This document shows, in pieces, positions 1 to 10,300 of a DNA stretch of 64,000 nucleotides (position 1 is the first letter of the stretch; every line of letters begins with the position of its first letter). The translations under genes were made by a program, and so were the position numbers. The notes under the pieces are model-generated. The model searched no databases and was not told where the DNA came from. It worked only from the letters and a program-made list of their open reading frames with translations. Location of the stretch: NCBI GenBank assembly GCA_039190745.1, contig JBCCXZ010000003.1:1-64000 (forward strand), written 5' to 3'. Origin of the DNA: Planctomycetota bacterium. GTDB taxonomy: Bacteria > Planctomycetota > Planctomycetia > Pirellulales > Lacipirellulaceae.

Positions 1-3000
1 CAATCCGTGCTCTCTTTATTAACGGTCCAGCGGACCGTGACCCGGACGGTGTGGCCGGGTTGCAAATCACTCTGAAGTTTGTCGAGGACCTGTTTCGCAC
101 CTCGCACGTCTGTCTCTTGCGACTCTTGCCAATCGGGCTCAGGCGGTCGAACAACAATCGCTTCCTTGAGGAGTTGACTCGCCTCTCGCTTGGCCGCGTC
201 AATCGCGGGGCCGATGGGGGTGACGTGCTCGTCTACCGACAGGGCCTCCTTGAATCGCTTCAGAATTTCAACGGCTTGCTCCTGATGCTCCCCCCGAAGA
301 TTGGAAAGCAGCTCGAAGTTGTCCCACGGACCGCCGGCTAGCCGCGTTTTCAGGTTTTCTGCGCCTCCCACGCAGTCACTCAGAGCGGCGGGGCTCGCGC
401 TGAGGTTGGTCGTTGCGAGCAGCTTCACGAGCTGCTCCTCGCTACAAGCCAGGACCCTGTCGAGCAGAGAGACGGTCTCTTGAGCCGTAGCAAGGCGGGC
501 TTCGGAGCCGTTCAGGCCAATCCGTTGGGAGTAGTCCTCGAGCGCCTGTGCGTAATCGACGCAGTTCTGTTGGGCTGCCTGGGCGCGGGTTTTGACTGCC
601 TGAACGAGCCCCTCGACATTGCCAGCCGATAGGTGCGGCGAAGTCGCGGTCCCGAAGACCCGGTCGGCTAGCTGTGTCGCAGCCTCCCAGTGCTCTCGGT
701 CCGGCAACTCCACAGTCCGAAGCTCACAGTCATCGGGCAGATTGGTGACAGTCGCCTCGCCGTAAGGACCGTTGTGCAAAAACACCGACCGACCGGTGTG
801 CGCGGCGAACGTGAGGATGATCGCGTTCTGGGCTTCTTTCGGCAGGCCCATCGCCCGCGGCGAGTCGATCCACTCTCTGAGGTTCCGCACAGACAACTCC
901 GCCCCGTGCTCCGCCTCCTTCCGCTCGAAGTGCGACTTCCAGTGGTACGCCAAGACGAAGTGGGTCGCGTCCGCACCCATCTCACCGAGCTTGAGCGGCT
1001 GAGCGATGTCGCGGAGCAGGGGCCGCAGACCCGTATCAACGGCTAGCCGCCCGTCGCTTGTCTGCGCGGCGGCCGTGGTCTGCTCCAGGACCTTCTTGAG
1101 GGCGTTGGCACGGACCTCGGCGCCGAACTCGGGGGCCGCCGGGAACTCGCACGCTAGGGCCTGACCCAGCAGGTCCTCCATCGCCCCCTCGAGTCGAGCC
1201 GCCCGAGGCGTCTCCAAGGCCAGCCCGTTCTTCAGCCCCTGGAACTGTTGGTTGGGCGGGAGGCTGTGGGAGGAGTCGACCCCGGTCCCCTGGGTGCTGA
1301 TCCCGTAGGCCGATGCAAGGCACAGCCGGATGTGCTCGGTGAGCTGGTTGCGTTGGCTCTCGAGGTTCGACTTGGCGGTAACGCGGTCCTGGGGCGACAA
1401 GAAGTTGGCGTGGTCGTTAAACCGGTCTTCGCTCGCCAGGATGTGGTCGAGCTTCACCAGGGTGCCCAGGTCTCTCAGCGATTCTTGGTTTAGGAACGAT
1501 GGGACCCAGCAGATGGTTTTCGCTCCGTCAGCGTGGTTGCTGCGGAAGTTCTGGAGTTTGGCCACGTCGTCGCTCGGCCCGTGCCCCTGGTCGTCGAACG
1601 GGTAGTCGATGACGAGCTTCCAGTTGTCGTCGTCAGTCTGCAGCGAGGTGTCCGACAACGTGCGGATGTTCTGGAAGAGGATGGTCGCGGTCCGCTTCGT
1701 GTTCTTCCACAAGAACTCGTGGTACTGCTCGAACTGACCCTCCCCCTGAACGCCCAGCTCCTCGAACAGCATCCGCCGCACCCTGCGGATGCGATTGCCG
1801 GGGTTGTCTTCCCGGGCGGCGTTCTCCAGGATCGTCTCGGTGTCGACGCCCGATAGCTGCACGGTGATGGTGGGGTTCTGCCCTTCGCTGATGCGGATTT
1901 CTCCGACCCCGGCGGCGATCCAGCTGCGGATTTTTCCGAGAACGACTCGGCCCTCGTTGCCGGGGATGGGCGTCTTGATTGTCCCGTGGTTCAGCGCGGC
2001 GAGTCGCTCGGCCGTCATCCCTCGCAGCGACTCGACCTCTGGGGCCAACGCGGAGAGCAGCAGGGTCTTCACGAGACGGTCATCGTTGCGGAACGCCGTC
2101 CGCTTCGGGTCGTCGTACGGCAGGCCCTCGAGGTCCTCCGAACGGATTTCGTTGGCGCGTTCCAAGAGCGGGAGCAGCTTCTGGTGGTACAGCCGACGGG
2201 CGTTCTCGAAGTGGGTCGCCAGTTCCTGCGTCGGTGCGTCGATGCTCTGCGCGACCACGTCGAACAGGTCGCCCACGGGAACGATGTCGCCCAGCCGCAG
2301 GGTTTCGCGTTGGTCGACCAGCAGCTTGGTCATCACCTGCAGCGCTGTCCGCTCGCGCTGCAACACGCTCGAGACCGCGACGAGCGTTTGGACTAATGCG
2401 GGGCTGAAAGGGTAAACCTGCCGGAACATCTCGCGGTCGCCCTCTTGGGTGAGCAGCACCCGCATGACCTCATCCCGTGCCGGGATCGACTCTTCAAAGG
2501 CGGATGCCATCTCCGCGTCCGCCGAGGTGGAGAGACGCTTGAGGACCCGCTTCTCGGCGATCGCCGGCAGGTTCCGGTCCTCAAGAGTAATCGTCTCGAG
2601 CCGGCCGCCCTGGTAGCTGAGGGCGTCACCGAAGCTGAGACGCTGCGCGCCGGGGATGTGATCGCCGACCAGCTCGCTCAGGTCGCGCTGCCGTGCGACG
2701 AAGCTCACAATCGGGATCGGCCGGTCGGCGGACTGCGACTCTACCAGGCTGGTGATCTTGGAGGCCTGCTCGCGGACGTAGTCGAGGTCGGACGCCCGTT
2801 GCGAGAGCCACAGGATCAGCTCATCGAGGAACAACACCAGCGCGTCGTAACCCAGGTCGCGGGCGTGCCGGCTCATGATCGAGAGCCCCTCGTCGAACCG
2901 CACGAACATGCCGCCGCGGTTCGTGATCACTTCGGCGTGGCTCGACGCGACGGTCCTCAGCAGTGCGCTGAGCAGCCGGCGGTGTTCTTCTGAGGCGGGG

Positions 3001-3620
3001 TCCGACGCGGCCGCCCGCTCGAACGACTCGGCGCTCCACTGAGTCTCCAGTGCTCCCCAACCGGAGTCGGGGTTGTTGCCCTCGTTCAGGCGGTTAAAGA
3101 AGGCCTCGTCGCCGTAGCTTTGCCGCTCCTGGCGAGCCTCTTCCATGATGGCGGTTGAGGCGTACACCGGAGGGATCGGGGCCTCGGGGTGCACCCGCCG
3201 AACGTACTTCACATATTCCCCAAGCACGCCTGACTCGAGGTCGTGCGCCCCGAGCAGGTGGAACGGCACGAGCAGGAACTCCTTGCCCTGCATCCAATCG
3301 TTGTGCCGGTGGACCACGTCGGCCAGCTCGCGCACCCCGCGGGCCTGGGGGTTGCCGTTCAGGATGAGGTGCAGCACGGCCATGAAGTGGCTCTTGCCGC
3401 TGCCGAAGCTGCCGTGCAGATAGGTTGCCTTGCTGCTGCGGCCTTCGACGGCCGACTTGATCACCGATAAGGCGGCGTCGTACGACCGCACCAACTCGGG
3501 CGTCACCACGTAGGTCCCCAGTGTTCCCTCGGCGTCGTTGACGCCCTCGGTGAGTTTGAGGACAAACTGGCCGCGCTGGACCCGTTCGGGGATGTCGATG
3601 AGTTCTTTCAGGAGCGTCAT
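1..3620 (-). CDS. pglY: BREX-2 ATPase PglY (about 1206 aa; stop codon at or just past the window edge)
   Basis: Absent from the ORF track because the frame runs to the edge. Manual translation of both ends: ATG at 3620 gives MTLLKELIDIPERV...YVVTPEL...YLHGSFGSGKSHFMAVL (Walker A); the end reads ...VRVTVRWTVNKESTD. Lies directly downstream of pglX. Confidence 0.9.
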   Translation of the reverse strand, partial: MTLLKELIDIPERVQRGQFVLKLTEGVNDAEGTLGTYVVTPELVRSYDAALSVIKSAVEGRSSKATYLHGSFGSGKSHFMAVLHLILNGNPQARGVRELADVVHRHNDWMQGKEFLLVPFHLLGAHDLESGVLGEYVKYVRRVHPEAPIPPVYASTAIMEEARQERQSYGDEAFFNRLNEGNNPDSGWGALETQWSAESFERAAASDPASEEHRRLLSALLRTVASSHAEVITNRGGMFVRFDEGLSIMSRHARDLGYDALVLFLDELILWLSQRASDLDYVREQASKITSLVESQSADRPIPIVSFVARQRDLSELVGDHIPGAQRLSFGDALSYQGGRLETITLEDRNLPAIAEKRVLKRLSTSADAEMASAFEESIPARDEVMRVLLTQEGDREMFRQVYPFSPALVQTLVAVSSVLQRERTALQVMTKLLVDQRETLRLGDIVPVGDLFDVVAQSIDAPTQELATHFENARRLYHQKLLPLLERANEIRSEDLEGLPYDDPKRTAFRNDDRLVKTLLLSALAPEVESLRGMTAERLAALNHGTIKTPIPGNEGRVVLGKIRSWIAAGVGEIRISEGQNPTITVQLSGVDTETILENAAREDNPGNRIRRVRRMLFEELGVQGEGQFEQYHEFLWKNTKRTATILFQNIRTLSDTSLQTDDDNWKLVIDYPFDDQGHGPSDDVAKLQNFRSNHADGAKTICWVPSFLNQESLRDLGTLVKLDHILASEDRFNDHANFLSPQDRVTAKSNLESQRNQLTEHIRLCLASAYGISTQGTGVDSSHSLPPNQQFQGLKNGLALETPRAARLEGAMEDLLGQALACEFPAAPEFGAEVRANALKKVLEQTTAAAQTSDGRLAVDTGLRPLLRDIAQPLKLGEMGADATHFVLAYHWKSHFERKEAEHGAELSVRNLREWIDSPRAMGLPKEAQNAIILTFAAHTGRSVFLHNGPYGEATVTNLPDDCELRTVELPDREHWEAATQLADRVFGTATSPHLSAGNVEGLVQAVKTRAQAAQQNCVDYAQALEDYSQRIGLNGSEARLATAQETVSLLDRVLACSEEQLVKLLATTNLSASPAALSDCVGGAENLKTRLAGGPWDNFELLSNLRGEHQEQAVEILKRFKEALSVDEHVTPIGPAIDAAKREASQLLKEAIVVRPPEPDWQESQETDVRGAKQVLDKLQSDLQPGHTVRVTVRWTVNKESTD

Positions 3621-3633
3621 GTCGGTCTTTCGA

Positions 3634-6600
3634 TCAGCTGCTGGCTCGTCTCCGCCGGCCTCGGCGGCGTTGCGGCGGCTGCCAGGATTTGATTTCGTCG
3701 AGGGTCCATCCAATCGTTGCAGGCTGCGCTTCGCCTTCTTCGCCGTCGGCGGATTCTGTGGGTCGAGGAAGCCTCATCGCTTCGTCGCTCACGAAGCCTT
3801 CGTAGTAGTCGCCCATGCGGAGGTTGTACTCGGGGTCGACCTCGTTGTGCCACTGCTTGAGCCAGGGGATCAGCTCGAGCAGGCAGCCCAACAACGGAAT
3901 AAGGCGGGGGTCTTCGTTGCCGCCTTGGCGTTCTTTGATGTCGACGTAGAAGCTGCTCACCGCTTGGGCGAGCTGCAGGTGGTCGAGGCCGGCCCAGGCG
4001 ATGGCGGGCGTGCCGTCGGCGGCGTCGCAGTGGGGGAAGCTGACCCAGCGTTCCTTGGGCACGTCGAGCTTGCCCCGCAGTGCCCAGTAGCGGGCGCCGC
4101 CGGTGGAGACGAAGTCGCTCGAATTGTACTTCGGCGGCACGGGTATGTCGCCAACCTCTTCGCCGGCGTCTTCGCGGCGTTGCAGGGCCCACGTCTCTTC
4201 CCAGGCGGCCCGCTTGCGGAGGCCGGGGGGCTTGTAGCGGAGCACCGGCAGCAGCGGCACGCTCTCGCCGCGGACGAGTTCTTCGACCAGCCGCGCCACG
4301 TCGAAGGCTTCGTCGCCGGTGTAGACTTCGCCGACTTCCTGGAACCGCTCGTCGGCCCGGGCGGCATCGGCCAGCTTCCCGACGGAGGTCACTTCCACAT
4401 GGAACCGGCAGTGCTCACCGACCCCAGACGACTCGGCCTCGCCGGCCATGCGGTCGTCGATGTCGAAGTAGCTTTCGAGCCGGTCGAGCAGCCAGTTCTT
4501 GCAGGCCTTCTCGACCTGCTCCTCCCACGGCTCGGTGCTCCAGCGGCGTTTGTACTCGGGGCGTTCGATGAGGCCGATGTTCTTGTCGGATTCGATCAGC
4601 TCGATCCGCCGTTCGACCAGCCGCTGGTAGTCGTCGGGCCAGTGGCCGGGCAGCACAGTGATCGGCGTGGAGCCGTGACGCTCGAACCAGGTGGTCTCCA
4701 ACTCTCCAGTCGCCATCTTGCGGGCCATGACGATCTCGAATGCCCGTTGCCCCAACTCCAACGGGGGCGGTTCGTCGATTGTGAGGTTGTCGTCAAGCAG
4801 GCCGTAGAGGCTGTAGCATTCCCAGTCGAGTTCTTCTTGGTGGGCGATCATCTCGCCGAGTAACTGATCGTTCGAGCGCCGCGCGCTCTGCATAGTGTCA
4901 TGCAGCGGCGCGGCGGCGCAGAGAGCCTCTCCAGGGCTTGCTTCTGATGCCTCCTGGGCTAGACGATCAAGCAGCCCTGATCGGCTAACCGAGCTTTCCA
5001 TCGGCAAGGGAAACGACTTGAGTCCGGTGCCTGTGAACTCCCGAAAATGTTCCCAGGCCTCGGTTTTCAGACCTTCATTGACTCCTTGGCTACCCTTGCT
5101 ATGGAACACCTGCTTCATCCAGAAGCACGCAACGGAGCTGTTTAGCAGGCCGAGGAGGGCGAGGTGGTCCTCCTCCGTGGCGCCCTCGGGCAGCTTGATC
5201 ACCGGGGCGGACTGCTTGAATACCTTCCCGCCGCGGTCGAGCACGAAGTGGTTGTGTGTCGCCACGAAGGCGAACACGATCGACAGCGGCGTGCGGAGTT
5301 TGTCGGTGTAGACCTCACGTAAAGCCCACCAAGGGATTCCACGCTGCTCGATCGGGACCCCAAACGCCTTGCGATTCTGCAGAGAGCGACGGTATTGCCA
5401 AAGGAAGTGGAGGGTTTCCCGAATCTCGGCTTCCGAAAGACGTGTGCCCACGTCGTCATTCGGCCAGATTGTGATTAACTCGTCGTCGATAACCCAGTCT
5501 CGGACCACGTCGCCGTCGACCATCGGCAACGTGTGCGTGACTCCGTGGCGGCGCGGCACGTCAGGTGGAAGCAGAAGACAGTTGTCTTCACCGGTAATCA
5601 CGGCAAATCCGATTCCCGCCGCTAGAGAACCTAGGGACTGATCCCCTGCGTCATCAAGCTGTTCCTTTAACTCGGCTGCTCCGCCGCCACCGATAGACCA
5701 CGGGTGGGTGGCGAACCGGTCGCGCTCGGTGTCGCCCACGCTGATGAAGTCACTCTCGCTCCCAGGCTCATCGATCTGGTGAGTTATCGCCGTCCAAACC
5801 AGACCGAGCCCCGGGTCATCCGGGGTCGAGGGCTCACCGCGGATACCCATCACGGCTCGCACCGTATCGGCAACCGGTCGCTGTCGTCGGCCGAAGAGAA
5901 TGACCGTTGGCGTGCCATGGCCGGGGATGTAGGCGCCTGATGTGTCGATGACGTGCGTCAGATCAACACGCGGAAAAAAGTCCTCAATCAGTCGCTTACC
6001 GAACTCTCGCTTCATGAAGCTATTGGCGGTGATCTGCCCGGTGTAGCCCGCGGCCTGCATGCTGTTCTCGCCGAGGACCGCCAACCGGAAGATGCGCTGA
6101 CAGAACGGTACGGCTAGCGAGTACTGCCGATAACAAGCGGAATAGCGTTCTCGATACAGCTTGTTTGCCGCTGCGTCCTTAGGAACGATGTAAGGCGGGT
6201 TCGCCACGACGCAATGGTATGTCCCATCAGCAAGCAGCCGACGCAGTTCTGCGGCGTTCTCGACGTGGAAATAGTGCGACTCGTCGGTCATGTCGGCGAC
6301 GAGAGCCTTCTGCTCCGAGTAGCCGTGGTAGAGCGAGTCGCCGCAGGCCAGATTCGTCTGGTAGTTCGGCGCGTCGACGAGCCGCTGCACTCCGGAGGCC
6401 TTCATCGCTGCCAGCAGCAATCGAAACCGGGCGATCGCGACCGCGTACGGGTTCACGTCGACCCCGTGGACGCTGTCCAGCGACCGCTGTACCAGGTCTT
6501 TGATCTCGGTGGCCGGCTCCTTGCGGTTCCAGCGATCGAGAATCCGCTCGAAGGCGCCCAGCAGGAAGTGGCCCGACCCGCAGGCGGGGTCGATCATCTT

Positions 6601-7326
6601 GAACCGTTTATCCTCCGCGCAGCTGGGCTGCAAACCGAACTCGTCGAGTGCGGGCTCCAGCGTCCGGTCCAGGATAAACGACTCGACGAAGTCGGGCGTT
6701 TGCAGCAACGCGTAGCGTTTGCGGGCGGCTTCGGAAAGGTCCTGGTAGAGGTCGCCCAGGAACCGGGTGCCCCACTCGGGGTCGGTGAAGTCGTGCTCCA
6801 GCTCGCCGGTGTTGGCCTCGATCTTGCGGAAGAACCGCAGCAGCACGCCCGCAGCGTCGCCGGAGAGCCAGTTCGGTTCGTCGCGGAGCGGGTTGTGGTC
6901 GCCGAAGAGTTCCCCGGCGCCCGGGAGCTGCGCCAGGCCGTCGAACACGTCGAGCAGGTACTCCCGGTCGGTCTCGGTGGGCCGAGTGCTGAAGAAGGCC
7001 GACTGCTCTTCGCGGGCCCGCTTCAGCCGCTCACCAGAACCGCTGAGCCGCGGCGGTTCGACCAGGTCGTTGTCTTCCAGGAACCGCGCGAACACGCACG
7101 ACAGCACCCAGGCCGCGGCGACCTGTGTGATTTCGCCAGCCCGCCAATCAACCCACGAGAGGGCGGTGCGGTTGGCCTCCTTAGCGCGGTCGTACTCGGC
7201 ACGCAGCCGCTGCCCGATGGTGGCGACCTCGGCCGGTTCGGCGGCCTCACTGCGGTCCAGCAGGTCCTGCTCGAGCGTCTTCAGCACCGCTTGCAGGTCG
7301 GAAAGTAATTGCTGGCGGTCGATCAT
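3634..7326 (-). CDS. pglX: BREX-2 adenine-specific DNA methyltransferase PglX
   Basis: SAM motif DPACGSGHFL, catalytic NPPY, PglX-typical FLGDLYQDLSE, YALLQTPDFVE, HNHFVLDRGGKVF, RGKLDVPKERW. Confidence 0.95.
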   Translation of the reverse strand: MIDRQQLLSDLQAVLKTLEQDLLDRSEAAEPAEVATIGQRLRAEYDRAKEANRTALSWVDWRAGEITQVAAAWVLSCVFARFLEDNDLVEPPRLSGSGERLKRAREEQSAFFSTRPTETDREYLLDVFDGLAQLPGAGELFGDHNPLRDEPNWLSGDAAGVLLRFFRKIEANTGELEHDFTDPEWGTRFLGDLYQDLSEAARKRYALLQTPDFVESFILDRTLEPALDEFGLQPSCAEDKRFKMIDPACGSGHFLLGAFERILDRWNRKEPATEIKDLVQRSLDSVHGVDVNPYAVAIARFRLLLAAMKASGVQRLVDAPNYQTNLACGDSLYHGYSEQKALVADMTDESHYFHVENAAELRRLLADGTYHCVVANPPYIVPKDAAANKLYRERYSACYRQYSLAVPFCQRIFRLAVLGENSMQAAGYTGQITANSFMKREFGKRLIEDFFPRVDLTHVIDTSGAYIPGHGTPTVILFGRRQRPVADTVRAVMGIRGEPSTPDDPGLGLVWTAITHQIDEPGSESDFISVGDTERDRFATHPWSIGGGGAAELKEQLDDAGDQSLGSLAAGIGFAVITGEDNCLLLPPDVPRRHGVTHTLPMVDGDVVRDWVIDDELITIWPNDDVGTRLSEAEIRETLHFLWQYRRSLQNRKAFGVPIEQRGIPWWALREVYTDKLRTPLSIVFAFVATHNHFVLDRGGKVFKQSAPVIKLPEGATEEDHLALLGLLNSSVACFWMKQVFHSKGSQGVNEGLKTEAWEHFREFTGTGLKSFPLPMESSVSRSGLLDRLAQEASEASPGEALCAAAPLHDTMQSARRSNDQLLGEMIAHQEELDWECYSLYGLLDDNLTIDEPPPLELGQRAFEIVMARKMATGELETTWFERHGSTPITVLPGHWPDDYQRLVERRIELIESDKNIGLIERPEYKRRWSTEPWEEQVEKACKNWLLDRLESYFDIDDRMAGEAESSGVGEHCRFHVEVTSVGKLADAARADERFQEVGEVYTGDEAFDVARLVEELVRGESVPLLPVLRYKPPGLRKRAAWEETWALQRREDAGEEVGDIPVPPKYNSSDFVSTGGARYWALRGKLDVPKERWVSFPHCDAADGTPAIAWAGLDHLQLAQAVSSFYVDIKERQGGNEDPRLIPLLGCLLELIPWLKQWHNEVDPEYNLRMGDYYEGFVSDEAMRLPRPTESADGEEGEAQPATIGWTLDEIKSWQPPQRRRGRRRRASS

Positions 7327-10300
7327 GTCGTTGGCTCATTCTCACTGGCCAGGGGAGGGTTCCGTCCGCTGGTGCGGTGGCGGTTGGCCAGCCAGCTCTC
7401 GGGGATGCTTGCTTTCTGACCGTGGCCGGTGAGCGGGACAGGCTTGCCCTCGATCATCGCCTGGCTGTCGCCGGTCAACAGCAGCCACATCGCGGGCGGG
7501 GCGTTGTCCCGACCAACTCGCTGGGCCAGCAGGTCGAGGACATCCATCTGGTCGTAGCGTGCGAGCAGCCCCGGGAAGACCATTAGCATCGGTTTGCGGA
7601 CGGCGAGCAGACGCTCTTGGATCGCGGGCTTCGCGTACTCCACGAGCTGCAGCAGCCTGTCCCAATCGCCTTCGCTGGGCGTCGCATCGGTGCGGAGGAC
7701 CAGGTTCCAGTCGACGCCCTTCTCGTCGGCCGCCGCGCGGAGGGCGTCGAGCACCACGCCTTCGCAGTCGACCAGCTCCAGATCGAACCGGTGCAGCAAC
7801 TCGTCCCGCGCGGCATCGAATCGCTTCGGAGGGACGAGAAGCACCTGGAACGCGTTGTCACGCAACGAGACGTTGAGCCGTTCTTCGAACTGGCGGGCTT
7901 CGGCAACCTCGGGGGTAATCTCGTCAAAGTGGACCGTGCCGGAGGAGGTGGCCCAGCGCTGCAGCGAAGTCGAGAGGCTGCTCACCGAGTGCCGGTCCGT
8001 AACCTGAGGCCGGTAAGCGCCGTGACCACTGGCGGCTCGCGGGTCCCAGTTGAGGGTGAGGCCGGCTTCTTCCAATAGGCTGTCGAGCGCCGGACGCCCG
8101 GGCAGCTCGGCGCACAGCGGGTAGCGTCCACGGACCCGCGCGACGATTTGTTCGACGGGAAGCTCACGCTGAGCGAACAAGGCCCCTTGGGACAGCTTGA
8201 CCGCCCGCCCGGCGTCCATTCCCCGCGGATACAGCTCCTGCCGGCTCGAGACGGCAGCGCGGCTAGACGCGGTGGCCGCCAAGCGGAGCAAGCGGGCGTT
8301 TGCGAATGCGACGCCCTCGGGCGCGGGGACTTCTTGGAGCCTCTCCTGGGCGAGCGAGGAAGAGAGCAGGGGGTCTTCGGCGGCAATCGAGTCGGCCAGC
8401 TTGCCGAGCCGCCAGGCGTAATCGATGAGCCGGCGGTCGGTCGCGATCAGGACGTTCTGCTCCCGACGCCGCGCGATGTAGCGGGGGTTCTCGCGGGAAC
8501 GCTCGACCTCCACGCAGGCCCGCACCGCGGCCTGGGCCAGCTGGCCCCGGAGCGGCTCGTCCTGCATCGAACCCCTGGTGACCAGCAGCGCGTCGGCCAG
8601 TTCACGGGGAGACGCGACGCCCCCCTGTGCCTCCAGCAGCTCGTGCAGCGTCTGGCGGAGGCTGGTCAAGGACGGCTCGTCCGACCACCGCTTCTGCAGC
8701 TCGGTCACGATCTGCCCAACACGACCCCGGGTCACCTCGGCCGCCGGGGTGATGTCCGATTGGCTGGGCCACCCGCCCTGCCAAGGGCCCTCAAGCCCGA
8801 GCAGCAGCCGCGAAACCTGCCGGAAGGTGTCGCCCTTGCGCTGCCCGGCACGCACTACCCGGTCCATGACCAGGTCCACGCTCATCGAGTCGACTTCGGT
8901 GGAGGCCGTTTCACGCTGATCGGTGTCGACCAGCTCTTCGGGCTCGACCTCGGGCGTGCCGAGCCGCTCACGGAGCAGCCGCACCGCGGCGGTGATCTCC
9001 TTGCGTGTCTTGCTGCCCACGCCCCGCAGCGGGACAAGCTGCCGCGCGGGGGTGGTCAGCAGGTCGGCGACGGTGAGGATGTTGGCCCGGTCGAGCGCGT
9101 TGGTCGCCCGCGTGCCGAGGCCCAGCTCGTGGATGGCGGAATCGAATGTCGCGGCCGCCAGCCGTTCCTGCAGCTCTTGGTCCTCGGCCTGGTCGGTCAG
9201 GGGCGTCGCTTCGCCGACGTGCTCGAAGGCGGCCCGCCACGCGCGGAGCATCACCTCGGCGTTGTCGAACCGCTGGGTGATGTCCCGCCGGAACGCCCGC
9301 CCAAAAAACTCCCCCAATGGCCGGCGGAGGGCGCCGTCGAGCAGCTCCAAATCCAGCGTCGCTTCGGTCTCCTCGGGGAGCTGCGACGGCTCGGTGACGC
9401 CGTCGCCCCACTTCGGCAGGGCCCCGGTGGCGAGTTCGTAGAGCGTGGCCGCCGCGGAGTATCGCTCGGCGTGGAGGTCCCACCGGGGCGGCTGGCGGAG
9501 CGGCAACAGGGGGTCGAGGTAGCCGGGAGTGCCGGCGCGGACGTTCTCCGCCGGAGTCCGCGACAACGAAAAATCAAACAACACCGCGTGCAGCGCCCCC
9601 CGGCCGCCAACCCGGCCCACGGCGATGTTGTCGGGCTTGATGTCACGGTGGGGGACGCCGTTCTCTTCCAGGTGCAGCACGACCGACAGCAGGTCCTCGC
9701 CGAACCGCTGCAACAGGTCGATCTGCAGGCTGCCCTCGCTGCGGAGCCGCTGACCGAGCGTCTCGACCCGGAGGTTGTCGCGGTCGGCGACGATCGGCCG
9801 CATCAAGAACCCAAAATGCTGGCCTATCTGGACCACGTCGACCAGGTCGACGATCCCCTGGTGCCGCATCGCATCGCCCTGCAGCACCTCGGCCTCTTCC
9901 GCCAGCCTGTCGCTCTGGTCGGGGTGGTTGGCGACCTTCATCACAAAATCCGCCCCCTGGAACTCCACCAAGAGGGCGATCGAGCAGGCCCCTTTGCCGA
10001 GTCGGCGCTTCACGCGGTAGCCGCCGGCGAGGGTGTCGTCGATCCTGGCGGCTGTTGGGTCGTCGATCGACTCGTCCTCTGGCTCGGTCAGCTCCTCTTC
10101 CACGAGGTCGAGCGCTTCCAGGAATTCCGACGCGGAACCGGTCCGGGTGGCGACCACCGGGTGGGTGGCGGTCTGCACCAAGTCCTGCAGCCAGGGCGAC
10201 GCCCCGTTGAGCACGGAGCTGATCTGCAGGCCGTTGGTCCCGCGGAGCTTCTCGGCCAGCGTGACCGCGCTGCTGGCCGGCGGTTGGCCCGAGAAGATGT

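Noticed and set aside
3634..7326. Homopolymer phase-variation tract in pglX as reported for Streptomyces
   Set aside because: No long G/C tract seen; the longest run noticed is A6 near 5974
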